Positions 16,240 to 25,679 of a stretch of 40,567 bases of DNA are shown piece by piece. Each line of letters opens with the position of its first letter. Position 1 is the stretch's first letter. The notes below the pieces were generated by a model. That model was not told the origin of the DNA. It saw only the letters and a list, made by a program, of their open reading frames with translations, and made no database searches. The DNA comes from a virus, in the IMG/VR virus record IMGVR_UViG_3300015301_000001, positions 1 to 40,567 of that record; one strand, written 5' to 3'. The position numbers and the translations under genes are program-made.

Positions 16240-16868
16240 TGAGAGTCGCCCGCATCATCACGAACATACAGTGCGGCCCGCGTAGCATCGTGGACCTGCT
16301 CACTAAGGACTACCTGCGCCTGAATGCCTCGGCTGACCCTACCACTCCCTACTCACTGAGCTTTCCCATACCAGCCGGCAAAAACGGCCTGACCATCGCC
16401 TTCTACACCCGGCAGGTGTCTGGCAACTTTGAGGGGTACTACCCCATACTCGAAGGCACCAATGGCTTGGATGGTGGTTTTGGCGGCTCGCAATTCGTGT
16501 ACGGCATTTTTCAAACGGCCGGCTTGTGGGTCGAAGGCTCAAATTTTGGCTATGGCCCCCGCTACCTCTATTCCTACCGGCGCTTCGTGCCGGTGGTAGT
16601 CCGCACCGCCCCCGGCGCGAGTTACGGGGCTGGCCGAATTGTTTTGAATGCCCCGGCCAATTCATCAATTCCTCGCAGCAACCTACTTGGTGACGTGGAT
16701 TTGGCCTACATGCCAGTGTACTATCGCCGCCTGACCGATGCCGAACTGGCGGCCCCCATGCTGCCCAGCGACTACGACCAGCTTTACACCTTCGCCAGCT
16801 ACACAGTCGGCGACACCACCGTGATTGAGCAGCTGGGCACCGGCCTTGATGCCACCCTTGTTTTCTAA
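16239..16868 (+). CDS. Hypothetical tail-module protein
   Basis: TAATG coupling to the upstream gene. Confidence 0.65.
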   Translation: MRVARIITNIQCGPRSIVDLLTKDYLRLNASADPTTPYSLSFPIPAGKNGLTIAFYTRQVSGNFEGYYPILEGTNGLDGGFGGSQFVYGIFQTAGLWVEGSNFGYGPRYLYSYRRFVPVVVRTAPGASYGAGRIVLNAPANSSIPRSNLLGDVDLAYMPVYYRRLTDAELAAPMLPSDYDQLYTFASYTVGDTTVIEQLGTGLDATLVF

Positions 16869-16894
16869 TTGCCTCACGCTACCACTCTCTGCAA

Positions 16895-17317
16895 ATGAAC
16901 TACCTAGCGGCCCCCCTACGCCTCACCCTTGCCCCCGCCTGCGGTAGCCCTGAGTACCTGCGCTGGCTTTCCCCGCTCGGCACATGGGAGGGCTGGGCCT
17001 TCTCGGGCGACGTGGACACCAAAACCGACGTCACCGAATCCAGCGACATCAGCACCGCCGACGCGCGGGTGAGCGTGGCCGTGCGCCGGGCCGCCACTGA
17101 CACCCTCACGGTGCGGGCCGGCGACCTCAGCACGGCCCAGCACACGGCACTCACCACCTTGCTCGACTCGCCCCAGGTGTACCGGCAGGAGGCAGACGGT
17201 AGCCGCGTGCCGGTGCTGATTCTGCCAAATTCCAGCGTAAGCCGCACCAGCTCCGATGGCCGCCACGAGTTGGAGCTAACGCTGAAACTTCCCGCCCGCA
17301 ACGCCTTGACCAACTAA
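16895..17317 (+). CDS. Hypothetical tail-module protein (distal-tail-like by size and position)
   Basis: 140-aa ORF directly before the 730-aa tail protein gene. Confidence 0.6.
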   Translation: MNYLAAPLRLTLAPACGSPEYLRWLSPLGTWEGWAFSGDVDTKTDVTESSDISTADARVSVAVRRAATDTLTVRAGDLSTAQHTALTTLLDSPQVYRQEADGSRVPVLILPNSSVSRTSSDGRHELELTLKLPARNALTN

Positions 17318-17320
17318 CCG

Positions 17321-19513
17321 ATGGCCTACCAACTCACGTACCCCGATGGCAGCGCCCAGCCCCTTACGGGCCGCGTGGCTATCACGCGCCAAGACAACGA
17401 CCTGACGAAGCCCGAGACAATTCAGGCCGCGTTCTCCACCTCGTTCGCTTTGCCGGACGACATGGAAACCCACAAGCGCCTCAGGCTGCCCAACGTGGGC
17501 ACCAGTCGCAGCACGGCCCCGTACAAGGGCGCTACGGCCTGCCTCGAAGCCAGTGGGGTGGAGGTGCTGCCCGGCGCTCGCCTTTACTTGGACGACCACA
17601 CGCCGCGCGCCGGCTACACCGGCAAGCTGCTGGCTGGCAACCGGGGATTTTACGACCTGCTCGTGAATGAAGACGGGAGCGATAAGACACTGCGGCAACT
17701 TGACCTTTCGGCCTTCGACCACGATTGGACGCTGGGCACGGTGGCGCAGGGGGCCGGGCATAGCAGTTGGGAGCAGGGCTACGTGTACGACCTCTACGAC
17801 CGGGGCCTGGGCGCGCCCCCGCTGCCGGCTGCCGGCTCCAGCAAGTTGTTCGAGGCGGGCTACTGGCCTAGCACCTACGCCCGCGCTGTACTCGAAGCTA
17901 TCTTTTTGGGGGCTGGCGTGAAGCGCAAGGGCGAACTGCCCGCCATTTTCGACACGGCCCTACTGCCTGCCGTTCAGGCCTTCGGCTACTCCGAAGCCAC
18001 GCGGGCGGCGCATGAGCTTGTGGCCGGCTACAGCCCCACCGATGGCCGGCGCAAGTTTGAGGATGAGCAGAACAACGCCGTGCCCTACTCCTGGGTGCTG
18101 CCCTACCGGCACGCGCCAGCGGTGGGCATTGACGAGGTGGACAATAGCAACCTGCACCAAGGGGCAGCGGTCAGCTTCAACGCCGCCACCAGCACCTACA
18201 CCGTCACCACCCCCGGCTTCTACGACATCAAGGCCGAGCAGCAAGTGGCGATTTACTGTAACTCGGTGCTGAACGGCGAGGTGGCCGCCGCCCTGGAAAT
18301 CAAGATAAACGGCACGCGGGTAGACGTGGACAGCATCCGGGGCAACGGCAACCAGGATACGGTTCTCACGGCCCTGGCTGAGCGCCAACTGCTGAAGGTG
18401 GGCGACACCATACAGGCCCGCTATCTGTTCGATGGCTTCGGCGGCGGCTTCGCCAGCACCGGCCCCTTCGATGAATCTTGGACCCTGATACCGGTGGGCC
18501 AATTCTCCATTCAGCTGCTCGGTGACTTCCCGCCGCGCGGGCGCGTCCACCTGGCTGATTGGCTGCCCGAGATGACGCAAAAGGAATTCGTGAAGCACGT
18601 CATTCAAACCTACGGGCTTACCCAAACCACCAACCCCTACACGGCCGCCGTTACCCTGCGGCTCACCTCGCAGGTAGTGACCGACCCGCGCACCACGGGG
18701 CAGGATTGGACGGAGCTGCGCGACGGTAGCCAGCCCGCTAAGCGCAGTTGGAAGCTGGGCGACTACGCCCTGCGCAATTGGTTTCGGTGGAAGGACGACG
18801 ACACAAATACCGCCTACGCGCAGGCCGTTTTTGAGCAAAGCCACGCCGGCCAACTGTGGAACGACGAGGCCGCCAAGGCAGCGGCCCAGGCCTTCGGCGC
18901 GGGCTACCTCGACAACGGGGCCGGCGACACCAGCCTGCCAGCCACCAAGGACGTGCTTACCCTGCCCTTCGCCGCCTCGCCGGTAGGGGCCGAGGGGCTG
19001 CTGCTCGTGCCCTACTGGAAACCGAAGGCTGGCACCAACTACGCCGACGACCTGGCTACCATTCAGCAGGCGCTCAATAATGGCACCTACACCCCCGAGG
19101 AAGCGCAGGCCGCCCGCGTGAAGGCCCTGGGTGATGATTTTGAAACGCAGGAGCCGGGGCCGCGCTTCGTGTACCAGTTACTGGCTACCCGTGAGGTACT
19201 GCTCGAAGATGATGCCGGCCAGAAGCAGCGCGTGCCGCTGCGCCTGAGCTACTTCGTGAGCCGCACCCAGCCCGAGGACCTGGACTTTACCCGCTCGCTG
19301 CTGCCCCATTATTACCCGCACCTGGCTGCGGCCCTCGTGCGGCCGCTCGTGCTACGGCCCAGCGTTTACCTGAGCCCGGCCGAGTTGGTAGCCTTCGACC
19401 AGCTTGTGGCCGTGTGGCTGAACGACGAGCAAGCATGGTTCTACGTCAACAAAATTGACGGGTGGGAAGATGGCGAGCCCAGCACGACAGTGGAGTTAAT
19501 CCGGATATCGTAG
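17321..19513 (+). CDS. Large tail/baseplate protein (candidate host-recognition protein)
   Basis: 730-aa ORF and last gene of the rightward structural operon. Confidence 0.7.
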   Translation: MAYQLTYPDGSAQPLTGRVAITRQDNDLTKPETIQAAFSTSFALPDDMETHKRLRLPNVGTSRSTAPYKGATACLEASGVEVLPGARLYLDDHTPRAGYTGKLLAGNRGFYDLLVNEDGSDKTLRQLDLSAFDHDWTLGTVAQGAGHSSWEQGYVYDLYDRGLGAPPLPAAGSSKLFEAGYWPSTYARAVLEAIFLGAGVKRKGELPAIFDTALLPAVQAFGYSEATRAAHELVAGYSPTDGRRKFEDEQNNAVPYSWVLPYRHAPAVGIDEVDNSNLHQGAAVSFNAATSTYTVTTPGFYDIKAEQQVAIYCNSVLNGEVAAALEIKINGTRVDVDSIRGNGNQDTVLTALAERQLLKVGDTIQARYLFDGFGGGFASTGPFDESWTLIPVGQFSIQLLGDFPPRGRVHLADWLPEMTQKEFVKHVIQTYGLTQTTNPYTAAVTLRLTSQVVTDPRTTGQDWTELRDGSQPAKRSWKLGDYALRNWFRWKDDDTNTAYAQAVFEQSHAGQLWNDEAAKAAAQAFGAGYLDNGAGDTSLPATKDVLTLPFAASPVGAEGLLLVPYWKPKAGTNYADDLATIQQALNNGTYTPEEAQAARVKALGDDFETQEPGPRFVYQLLATREVLLEDDAGQKQRVPLRLSYFVSRTQPEDLDFTRSLLPHYYPHLAAALVRPLVLRPSVYLSPAELVAFDQLVAVWLNDEQAWFYVNKIDGWEDGEPSTTVELIRIS

Positions 19514-19522
19514 CTTGGTGGC

Positions 19523-20020
19523 ATGAAAAAGGTACTACTCCCTCTGCTTGTGCTCATTGGTTGCAAAAGCGCGCCCGTGGAAGACCCGGCGCATAGTGCT
19601 ATAAGTGCCCTGCTGAAAAAGAGCATGGACGACCCAGCCAGTTACCAGCCAGTGAGTTGGAGCAAGCCCGAGGTGAGGTCGGTGCATGACAGCGTGGCCG
19701 CCTATAAGTACACGCTGGCTTCACAGATTATTACTAAAAATAAATTAATTTATATTGACTCGTCATCGGTAGCCCAAAACGGCGGGCGGGGCAGCTACGT
19801 GGAGAGCATGTTGAAAAGCACCCGCGCAAGTCTTGCCGCCGCCCGCCGTGAGCGAGATTCTTTATACCAAGCACTGCACCAGCCCTTTCCCAGCCCTGAC
19901 ACGGCGCGGCTGGGCTACTCAGTAACCCATGCGTTCAGGGCCAAGAACAAGTTTTCGGCCCTCGTCCTGGATAGTGCTGAGTTCTTTGTTGACCGGAAGG
20001 GCCGCATCTACCCGCGCTAG
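19523..20020 (+). CDS. Lipoprotein (moron; candidate superinfection-exclusion factor)
   Basis: Signal peptide with lipobox MKKVLLPLLVLIGC. Contains a locally AT-rich stretch. Confidence 0.75.
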   Translation: MKKVLLPLLVLIGCKSAPVEDPAHSAISALLKKSMDDPASYQPVSWSKPEVRSVHDSVAAYKYTLASQIITKNKLIYIDSSSVAQNGGRGSYVESMLKSTRASLAAARRERDSLYQALHQPFPSPDTARLGYSVTHAFRAKNKFSALVLDSAEFFVDRKGRIYPR

Positions 20021-20274
20021 GCGGCCACGTTCAACTCCTGCTCCATCTCCTTGATTGAAAGGTACACGGTAGAGCGCGCAACGCGGCACGAGGCGGCGGT
20101 GGCCTTCGCCGCGTTGCTGGGCCGGTCAACGTAGGCCGGGGTGGCGCGCAGGGCCTTGTAGGTGTTGTAAATATCCCGGCGCGAGTACACGGCCAGCGTC
20201 ACCGCCCCCGCCTTGTAGAGCGGAAACAGGATGCCGGCCTGCTCCATGTTGTTCAATAAATCGACTAGCCTCAT
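20017..20274 (-). CDS. Small HTH DNA-binding protein
   Basis: C-terminal AASCRVARSTVYLSIKEM is HTH-like. It starts 2 nt after the tape-measure stop, and its stop overlaps the lipoprotein stop (CTAG). Confidence 0.55.
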   Translation of the reverse strand: MRLVDLLNNMEQAGILFPLYKAGAVTLAVYSRRDIYNTYKALRATPAYVDRPSNAAKATAASCRVARSTVYLSIKEMEQELNVAA

Positions 20275-20276
20275 GG

Positions 20277-23200
20277 TTAAATGTCGGTTAAGGATTCGCG
20301 CTTCTCAATGTCTTTATTTTTCTCCCGTAGCTCGGTCAGATTCAGGTTCTGAGCAGGTAGTGCCTGCGCACCAGCCACGAACGCCGGCCCGAGCTTGGCG
20401 GCCAGCGTGTCGGCTAGCTGGGTGTAGTCGATGGCCTGCCCAGCATCCTGCACCACGCCCCCGGTGCGAACGGCCGGCAGGTACATGGCGCTGCTCGACA
20501 CCACGCCCCCGGTGGCGTAGTGTGCCCACTTGCTGGCTGGCAGCGAATCCGTGTAGAAGGCCCGGCCCCCGGCCGCCACGTTCAGGGCTGAGGCGGCGGC
20601 ACGCAGCACGGGGTTGCGGTGTACGCCCTTGGTCAAAATAATTTCTTCGCCTTCCATCTCCCCGAGGTGGGCACCGGACTTGTGGAACAACTGCACGCCC
20701 CCGGCCGCGTGGCTCGGGCCGTACACCACGCCACCGCGGGCGAATTTTGCCGAGTCGATGGCGCGGAACTGTGCGGCGGCCGTGGCCGTGGCGGCGGCAA
20801 TCTGCAAGCCACGCACCAGCGAGGCGGCCGGCTCGATGAAGGGCGCGGTGGGGCTTTTCAAAATCATAAGGATGGCCGCGCCCAGATTCACTACCGCCTC
20901 AGCCTTAGCTATTTTTCGGCGCTGTTCGGCGGCCTGGGCTTCAATGCGCGTCTTCTGCTTCTCCAGCACCGCCTTCTTGGTGGCGCTCACGCCCTCCTTG
21001 TTCATCTGCGCATCAATCTGATTGAGGCGGTCCTGGCTGGCCGCGTCTTGGATGGTGGCGATGGAGCTGACCGACTGCGAAATGATGGAGGCCACCCGGT
21101 CATACTTGGAGGCGATGAGGTCGATTTGGGCCTGGCTGCTGTCGCGCTCAATGTTGGCGAGGTTGATGGCGTGCTGCTTTTCGACGTTCTCCCGCGCCGT
21201 GGTGCCCTCCTTGGTGGCAGTCAACCCAGCGGAGTAGTTGTCAATTTCGGCGCGCAGCACCTCGTTGTAGTACTCTTTCGAAGCCTGAACCCGCTGCTGC
21301 TGCCCGGCATCGAGGCCGGCGAGTAGCTTCTGCTGATTCAGTTCGGCCCCGCGCTGCTGCTCGCTGAGTTCGGCGACGACGTTCTGCGTGTCCTGCTCGT
21401 TGAGTGCCCGGCGCTTGGCTACGGCATCGGCCCGAATGCCTGTCACCTGCGTTTCGTAGGCCAGCGTACTCATGGCCCGCTTGTCGAGGCCAGCAATGGC
21501 AAGCTCCTGCTCTTGGTCAATCAGCTTGATTTCCAAGTTGCGGCGCTCCACCGTGCCGGCTTTCGTGAGGGCGAGCTGGGCCTGATTGGTTTCGACCTGC
21601 GACTGAATCACCAGGGCATTCACTTGGCGCTCGAAGTCCTCGCGCAGCCTCAGCTCCGCCGCGTTGGCCTGCATCTTCCGCAGGGGGATGTTGGCAACCG
21701 CTTCCTGTGCTGCCTTGAGGTCGTACTTCTGCTCTACCTCAAAACGCTTCTGCGCGTAGTCGGCAGTGATTTCGGTTTTCTGCAACTCGGTCAGGCCCTG
21801 CGCATCAAGGGCCTGCTGCTGCTGGGCCTTCAAGCTGCCCAGTTCCTTGGCGTAGCCCACCGCCCGCAGGCGGGTTTTCTCAGCCAGTGCGTCGGTGGCC
21901 TGCTTGTTTTCGAGGGCGGCCTGGGCCTGAACTAGCTGCTGCTGCAACCGCAGTTCCTCGGTGGTGCCCTTCTGCACCGTGGAGAGGCGCAGGTTGATGC
22001 GGGAGATATTGCGCTGAAGCTGGGCGTTCTCGGCCGCGTCCTGCTGCTCAATGCGCCGGGCCAACACCTGAACGGCACGCTGGGCATTGGTTTGCACATC
22101 GGCCGCCGACTGCTGCCGGGCGGCGCGGTCTTTCTCTATGCCCTCCGTGAGTAGGCTGGCGCGCTCGTTCAGCAGGTTCACGAGGGTAAGCTCGTTCTTC
22201 TTGGCATCCTCGTTTATTTTCTTGTCGCTGTCCGACAGGGTTTTATTGGCCGCCTGCCGTTCCCGAATGCGGGCCAGCTCCTTGACGTGGGCCAGCTCGT
22301 TCTTCTCGTTGAGGTCTTGCTGCTTGGCAATAAGCCGGTCGATGTTGGCGATACGCTCCTGCGCCACCTGCCGGGCCGAAGCACCAGCCAGTTCCGTGGC
22401 TCTTATTTCGGCGTCGGTTTGCTCGCGTAGGGCCTGGGCGCGCTCCAGTTCTATAGCGGCCAACTTGGCGGCCTTCTCCGCTGTGGTATCGAGCAATCCA
22501 ATATATTCACCCAGGGCAACCAGGTTGGTTTTCACTGCGCCAGCCACCTTGTTGAAGGTGTTGATTACTGGGTCAAGAATGGCGCGGACTGCGGCGAATT
22601 TCTCGTACAGCTTTTGAATACCGAAAACGGCCAGCCCGATGGGATTGGTAAATAGTAGCAGCGCCTTGGTGAATTCCTTTACTTTGGCCTGGGTCTGCTC
22701 GCTGGCGTTGCGGTAGGCAAAGAAGCCCGCCACAAGCGCCGCCACGAGTGTGATGATAATACCGATAGGGTTGAGGCGCAGCACCAAGTTGAGCCCGCGC
22801 TGGGCAATGGTGGCCCCTTCCGTGGCAACCACCTGGGCCTCGGTGGCTACGGTGCTGCTGGCCGTGGCGGCGGTGCTGGCTGCCTGCCCCTCGGCATTGA
22901 GGGCGGCGGCCTCGGCCTGGGCAGTTATCGCCACCGCGTCGGCACCAGCTACGGCCGCGTGCGCTTCGGTGCTGACTGCGGCGGCGGCCGTGAGCGTAGC
23001 CTCTTCTTTTAGGAAAACGCTCTTAATCTTCATCAACACAATGCCGGCCGCGTCTTTGGCCGAGTCGATGCCGATGGCGATGGCCCGCGCATTCTGCGCA
23101 ATGGTCATCAACTGCAATGCTTTAGCCTGGGCCGCTGCTGCGTCGGTGTTATCGCCCAGCACCAGCGTAGCCACCGAGAACGCGCCGACCATACCCTGCA

Positions 23201-24326
23201 CGGCATCGGTCACGGTGTCGAAATTCTCCTTTTTGATGTTCTTCTGCACCTTCTCGCCGAACTCGTCAATCTTACCCTCGGCCTGTTGGATGTTGGTGCG
23301 CAGTTCGAGTATCTCCGTGTTGAGGTCCTGGGCCTCCTGCGTGGTGGGGTCGAGGGTTTCGCGGGTATTGAGTAGCTGAATGAGCTGCTCGCGCAGGGCA
23401 GCGAGCGAGCCGGCCGCCGCCGTGGTGGCCTGGGCCTGCTGGCCGGCTGCCGTGGCTGTGCCCTGCGTTGCTTTCTCGGCCGATACCTGGGCGGCCACCA
23501 CCTCGTCAAGTGCTTTCTGCGCACCAGCCACGCGGAAACCTAGCTGCTGGAATTGCTCGCTGCTTTCGCCGGCTGTCTGCCCTACCTGCTGCTGCTCCTG
23601 CTGCAAGCGCACCAGGTTCTCCACGGCTGGCGTGAATGCCTGGGTGTATTGGTCGATGGTGGCCTTCGCCTGGGTGAAGTCGGAGATGCCGGCCTGCGCG
23701 GCGGCGCGCTGGGCAGCGGTAAGGAAGCCCACGCGGGCGCGCTCAAGCTGGCCGCCCTGCTCGCTTTGGGCATCTACGCCTCTTTGGGCCACCTGAATCT
23801 TGGCTAGCTCGGCCACGATAGGGGCGAGGCCCTGCTTAAACGAGGCGGCATAATTTCCGACGTTACGCCCGGTACTGCCCACGCTGCCCTCAATGAGCTT
23901 GAGGGCATCCGACACCTGAAGCGCCTGCTTCTGAATGGCTTGGCCTTCGGCTGACTTACGCTCGGCCTCACCCATCGCGTAGTAGGCGGTGGTAAGCTCG
24001 AAAAGCTGGGCGCGTAGTTGCTCAGCTGAGCCAGCCGCAGCGTTATACGCCCTCTGACCCATAGCCAGCCCCTTTTCTAGTTCGCGTTGGTCAGCAGTTT
24101 GCCCGCGCAGTTGCTCGCGCAGCTTCACGGCTTGCTCTGAGTATTGTTTATCCGTGAGCTTGCCGGCCTCGCGCTCCTTTTTTAGCGCGGCCTGGGCGGC
24201 TTTTGTCTTCTCAATGTCAAGGAGTTGCTGTTGCAACGCCTCGCGTATAAGTTTCTGCTCTGCCTTGTACTGCTCCGCGTTTATTTTGACCTCAAAAATG
24301 ACGGTCTCGGTGGTTTGGTCAGCCAT
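20277..24326 (-). CDS. Tail tape-measure protein
   Basis: About 1350 aa, Ala/Gln/Glu-rich and coiled-coil, with internal hydrophobic segments (LNPIGIIITLVAALVAGFFAY). ATG 24326 (MADQTTE...) is preferred over the track start at 24503. Confidence 0.8.
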   Translation of the reverse strand: MADQTTETVIFEVKINAEQYKAEQKLIREALQQQLLDIEKTKAAQAALKKEREAGKLTDKQYSEQAVKLREQLRGQTADQRELEKGLAMGQRAYNAAAGSAEQLRAQLFELTTAYYAMGEAERKSAEGQAIQKQALQVSDALKLIEGSVGSTGRNVGNYAASFKQGLAPIVAELAKIQVAQRGVDAQSEQGGQLERARVGFLTAAQRAAAQAGISDFTQAKATIDQYTQAFTPAVENLVRLQQEQQQVGQTAGESSEQFQQLGFRVAGAQKALDEVVAAQVSAEKATQGTATAAGQQAQATTAAAGSLAALREQLIQLLNTRETLDPTTQEAQDLNTEILELRTNIQQAEGKIDEFGEKVQKNIKKENFDTVTDAVQGMVGAFSVATLVLGDNTDAAAAQAKALQLMTIAQNARAIAIGIDSAKDAAGIVLMKIKSVFLKEEATLTAAAAVSTEAHAAVAGADAVAITAQAEAAALNAEGQAASTAATASSTVATEAQVVATEGATIAQRGLNLVLRLNPIGIIITLVAALVAGFFAYRNASEQTQAKVKEFTKALLLFTNPIGLAVFGIQKLYEKFAAVRAILDPVINTFNKVAGAVKTNLVALGEYIGLLDTTAEKAAKLAAIELERAQALREQTDAEIRATELAGASARQVAQERIANIDRLIAKQQDLNEKNELAHVKELARIRERQAANKTLSDSDKKINEDAKKNELTLVNLLNERASLLTEGIEKDRAARQQSAADVQTNAQRAVQVLARRIEQQDAAENAQLQRNISRINLRLSTVQKGTTEELRLQQQLVQAQAALENKQATDALAEKTRLRAVGYAKELGSLKAQQQQALDAQGLTELQKTEITADYAQKRFEVEQKYDLKAAQEAVANIPLRKMQANAAELRLREDFERQVNALVIQSQVETNQAQLALTKAGTVERRNLEIKLIDQEQELAIAGLDKRAMSTLAYETQVTGIRADAVAKRRALNEQDTQNVVAELSEQQRGAELNQQKLLAGLDAGQQQRVQASKEYYNEVLRAEIDNYSAGLTATKEGTTARENVEKQHAINLANIERDSSQAQIDLIASKYDRVASIISQSVSSIATIQDAASQDRLNQIDAQMNKEGVSATKKAVLEKQKTRIEAQAAEQRRKIAKAEAVVNLGAAILMILKSPTAPFIEPAASLVRGLQIAAATATAAAQFRAIDSAKFARGGVVYGPSHAAGGVQLFHKSGAHLGEMEGEEIILTKGVHRNPVLRAAASALNVAAGGRAFYTDSLPASKWAHYATGGVVSSSAMYLPAVRTGGVVQDAGQAIDYTQLADTLAAKLGPAFVAGAQALPAQNLNLTELREKNKDIEKRESLTDI

Positions 24327-24375
24327 AATGCCCCGAATTTCCTGCCGAGGTTGGCACGTCTGCAAGCCTGCATAC

Positions 24376-24410
24376 GCAAAAGCGTAACAGGATTGCGAAA
24401 AGCGTAACGC
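24376..24410 (-). promoter_or_regulatory. Second copy (minus orientation) of the tandem GTTACGCTTTT late element
   Basis: The reverse complement matches 7089..7123 at 31 of 35 positions. It lies 49 nt upstream of the tape-measure ATG. Confidence 0.55.
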
Positions 24411-24483
24411 AATTCCGTATGTGTCCGATTTTGCTTGGCTAAAACCCCGAAAACCACCTGCGTAGCGGCTGAAACTTTGCGCT

Positions 24484-25644
24484 ATGCAAGAAGCCAAAGT
24501 CACTATCGCGGGGCCAATCGTCGCCGACAGCAGCGAAGCCGGCGACGCGTGGCCCTACTGCACCCTCGAAGACGTGCAGGCGCAGCTCGAATATCAAAAG
24601 CCCTACGACACGGTGCGCGTTACCATCAACTCGCCCGGTGGGCGTGTCGATAAGGGCATGGGCCTGTATGATTTGTTCCGCAGCCTGCCGAATGTAACCG
24701 TTATCACTGAGGCGATTGGGCAGTGCAGCAGCATCGCCACGGCGGTATTCCTGGCCGGCTCCCAACGCATCATTCACCCGCACACCGAGAGCCTCGTCCA
24801 CCTGCCCACGGGCGGTATCAATGGCGCTACGGCTGAGCAGGCGCAAACCTGGGCGGCCGAGATGGCCCGCTGCGAGGCTGACCTGCTTTCCCTGTACGCG
24901 GAACGGGCTGGGGTAGACCCGGCCACCTTCACCGACATCATGCGGGCCGAAACCACGCTGACCGCTCAGCAGATGCTCGACTACGGTTTTGCCACGCGAA
25001 TCGTGCAGCCGACCACCGCCCTGGCAATCATGCCCTCTACTGCCTCCACCTCGGCTGATGCCGACCAAGCGCCCGGCTGGGCGAAACAATTTATGTCAAT
25101 TTTCAACCAAGGCATCGCCGCTATGACGGCCGCCATGAAACGGCCAGCCACCGCGCAGGCCCCCGAGAAAGAGGCGGCTACCGACCTCGATGTAACTACT
25201 GATACCGGCGCAGTGCTGAGCATCGACACCGGCGACCGCGACACCTACGCGGTAGACGACACCGTGAGCGACAGCGACGGGAACCCGGCCGCTGATGCTG
25301 ACTACCTGCTGACCGATGGCAATACCATCACGGTGGCCAGCGGCGCTATCAGCACCATCACGCCCCCCGCTACTGATGCGCAAGCCAATGCTGGCGAGAC
25401 AGCCGTGGCCCTCAATAAAGTAATTGAGGTAGTTACGGCCCTGGCTGGCAAAGTGAACGGCCTGGAAAGCAAGCTCGCAGCTACTGCCAAGGTCGCTAAC
25501 CGTGTAGCGGCTACGGCTGGCAGTTCTGCCACGGCTCCCCGCGCTGCGGCTGCCGCTGGCGACAAAGAGCCTGACACCGACCCTACCAAGACCGCCGCCG
25601 AAAATCGCGCCGCTCGTCGTCAAGCCCGTTTCGCTAAGGCGTAG
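24484..25644 (+). CDS. ClpP-like (S14) prohead protease fused to a scaffold-like C-terminal region
   Basis: TINSPGGRVDKGMGLYD, GQCSSIATAVFLAG and VHLPTGG match ClpP motifs. The C-terminal half is low-complexity and coiled-coil. Confidence 0.85.
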   Translation: MQEAKVTIAGPIVADSSEAGDAWPYCTLEDVQAQLEYQKPYDTVRVTINSPGGRVDKGMGLYDLFRSLPNVTVITEAIGQCSSIATAVFLAGSQRIIHPHTESLVHLPTGGINGATAEQAQTWAAEMARCEADLLSLYAERAGVDPATFTDIMRAETTLTAQQMLDYGFATRIVQPTTALAIMPSTASTSADADQAPGWAKQFMSIFNQGIAAMTAAMKRPATAQAPEKEAATDLDVTTDTGAVLSIDTGDRDTYAVDDTVSDSDGNPAADADYLLTDGNTITVASGAISTITPPATDAQANAGETAVALNKVIEVVTALAGKVNGLESKLAATAKVANRVAATAGSSATAPRAAAAAGDKEPDTDPTKTAAENRAARRQARFAKA

Positions 25645-25679
25645 CCCACTCCCTTCTCATCTTTTTTCTGCTTTCTGTT

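Noticed and set aside
7089-24410. The inverted 35-bp repeats as ends of an invertible 17-kb segment or a transposon.
   Set aside because: No invertase or transposase lies nearby. Each copy sits at promoter distance and in the correct orientation for its own operon, so a promoter role is the simpler explanation.
24413-24483. Search for a canonical promoter for the protease/capsid operon (TTTTG at 24429, AAACTTTG at 24472).
   Set aside because: The candidate -7 box has a mismatch in TA, and its spacing to the upstream TTTG (38 nt) is far from the 19-21 nt consensus. No confident call is possible.
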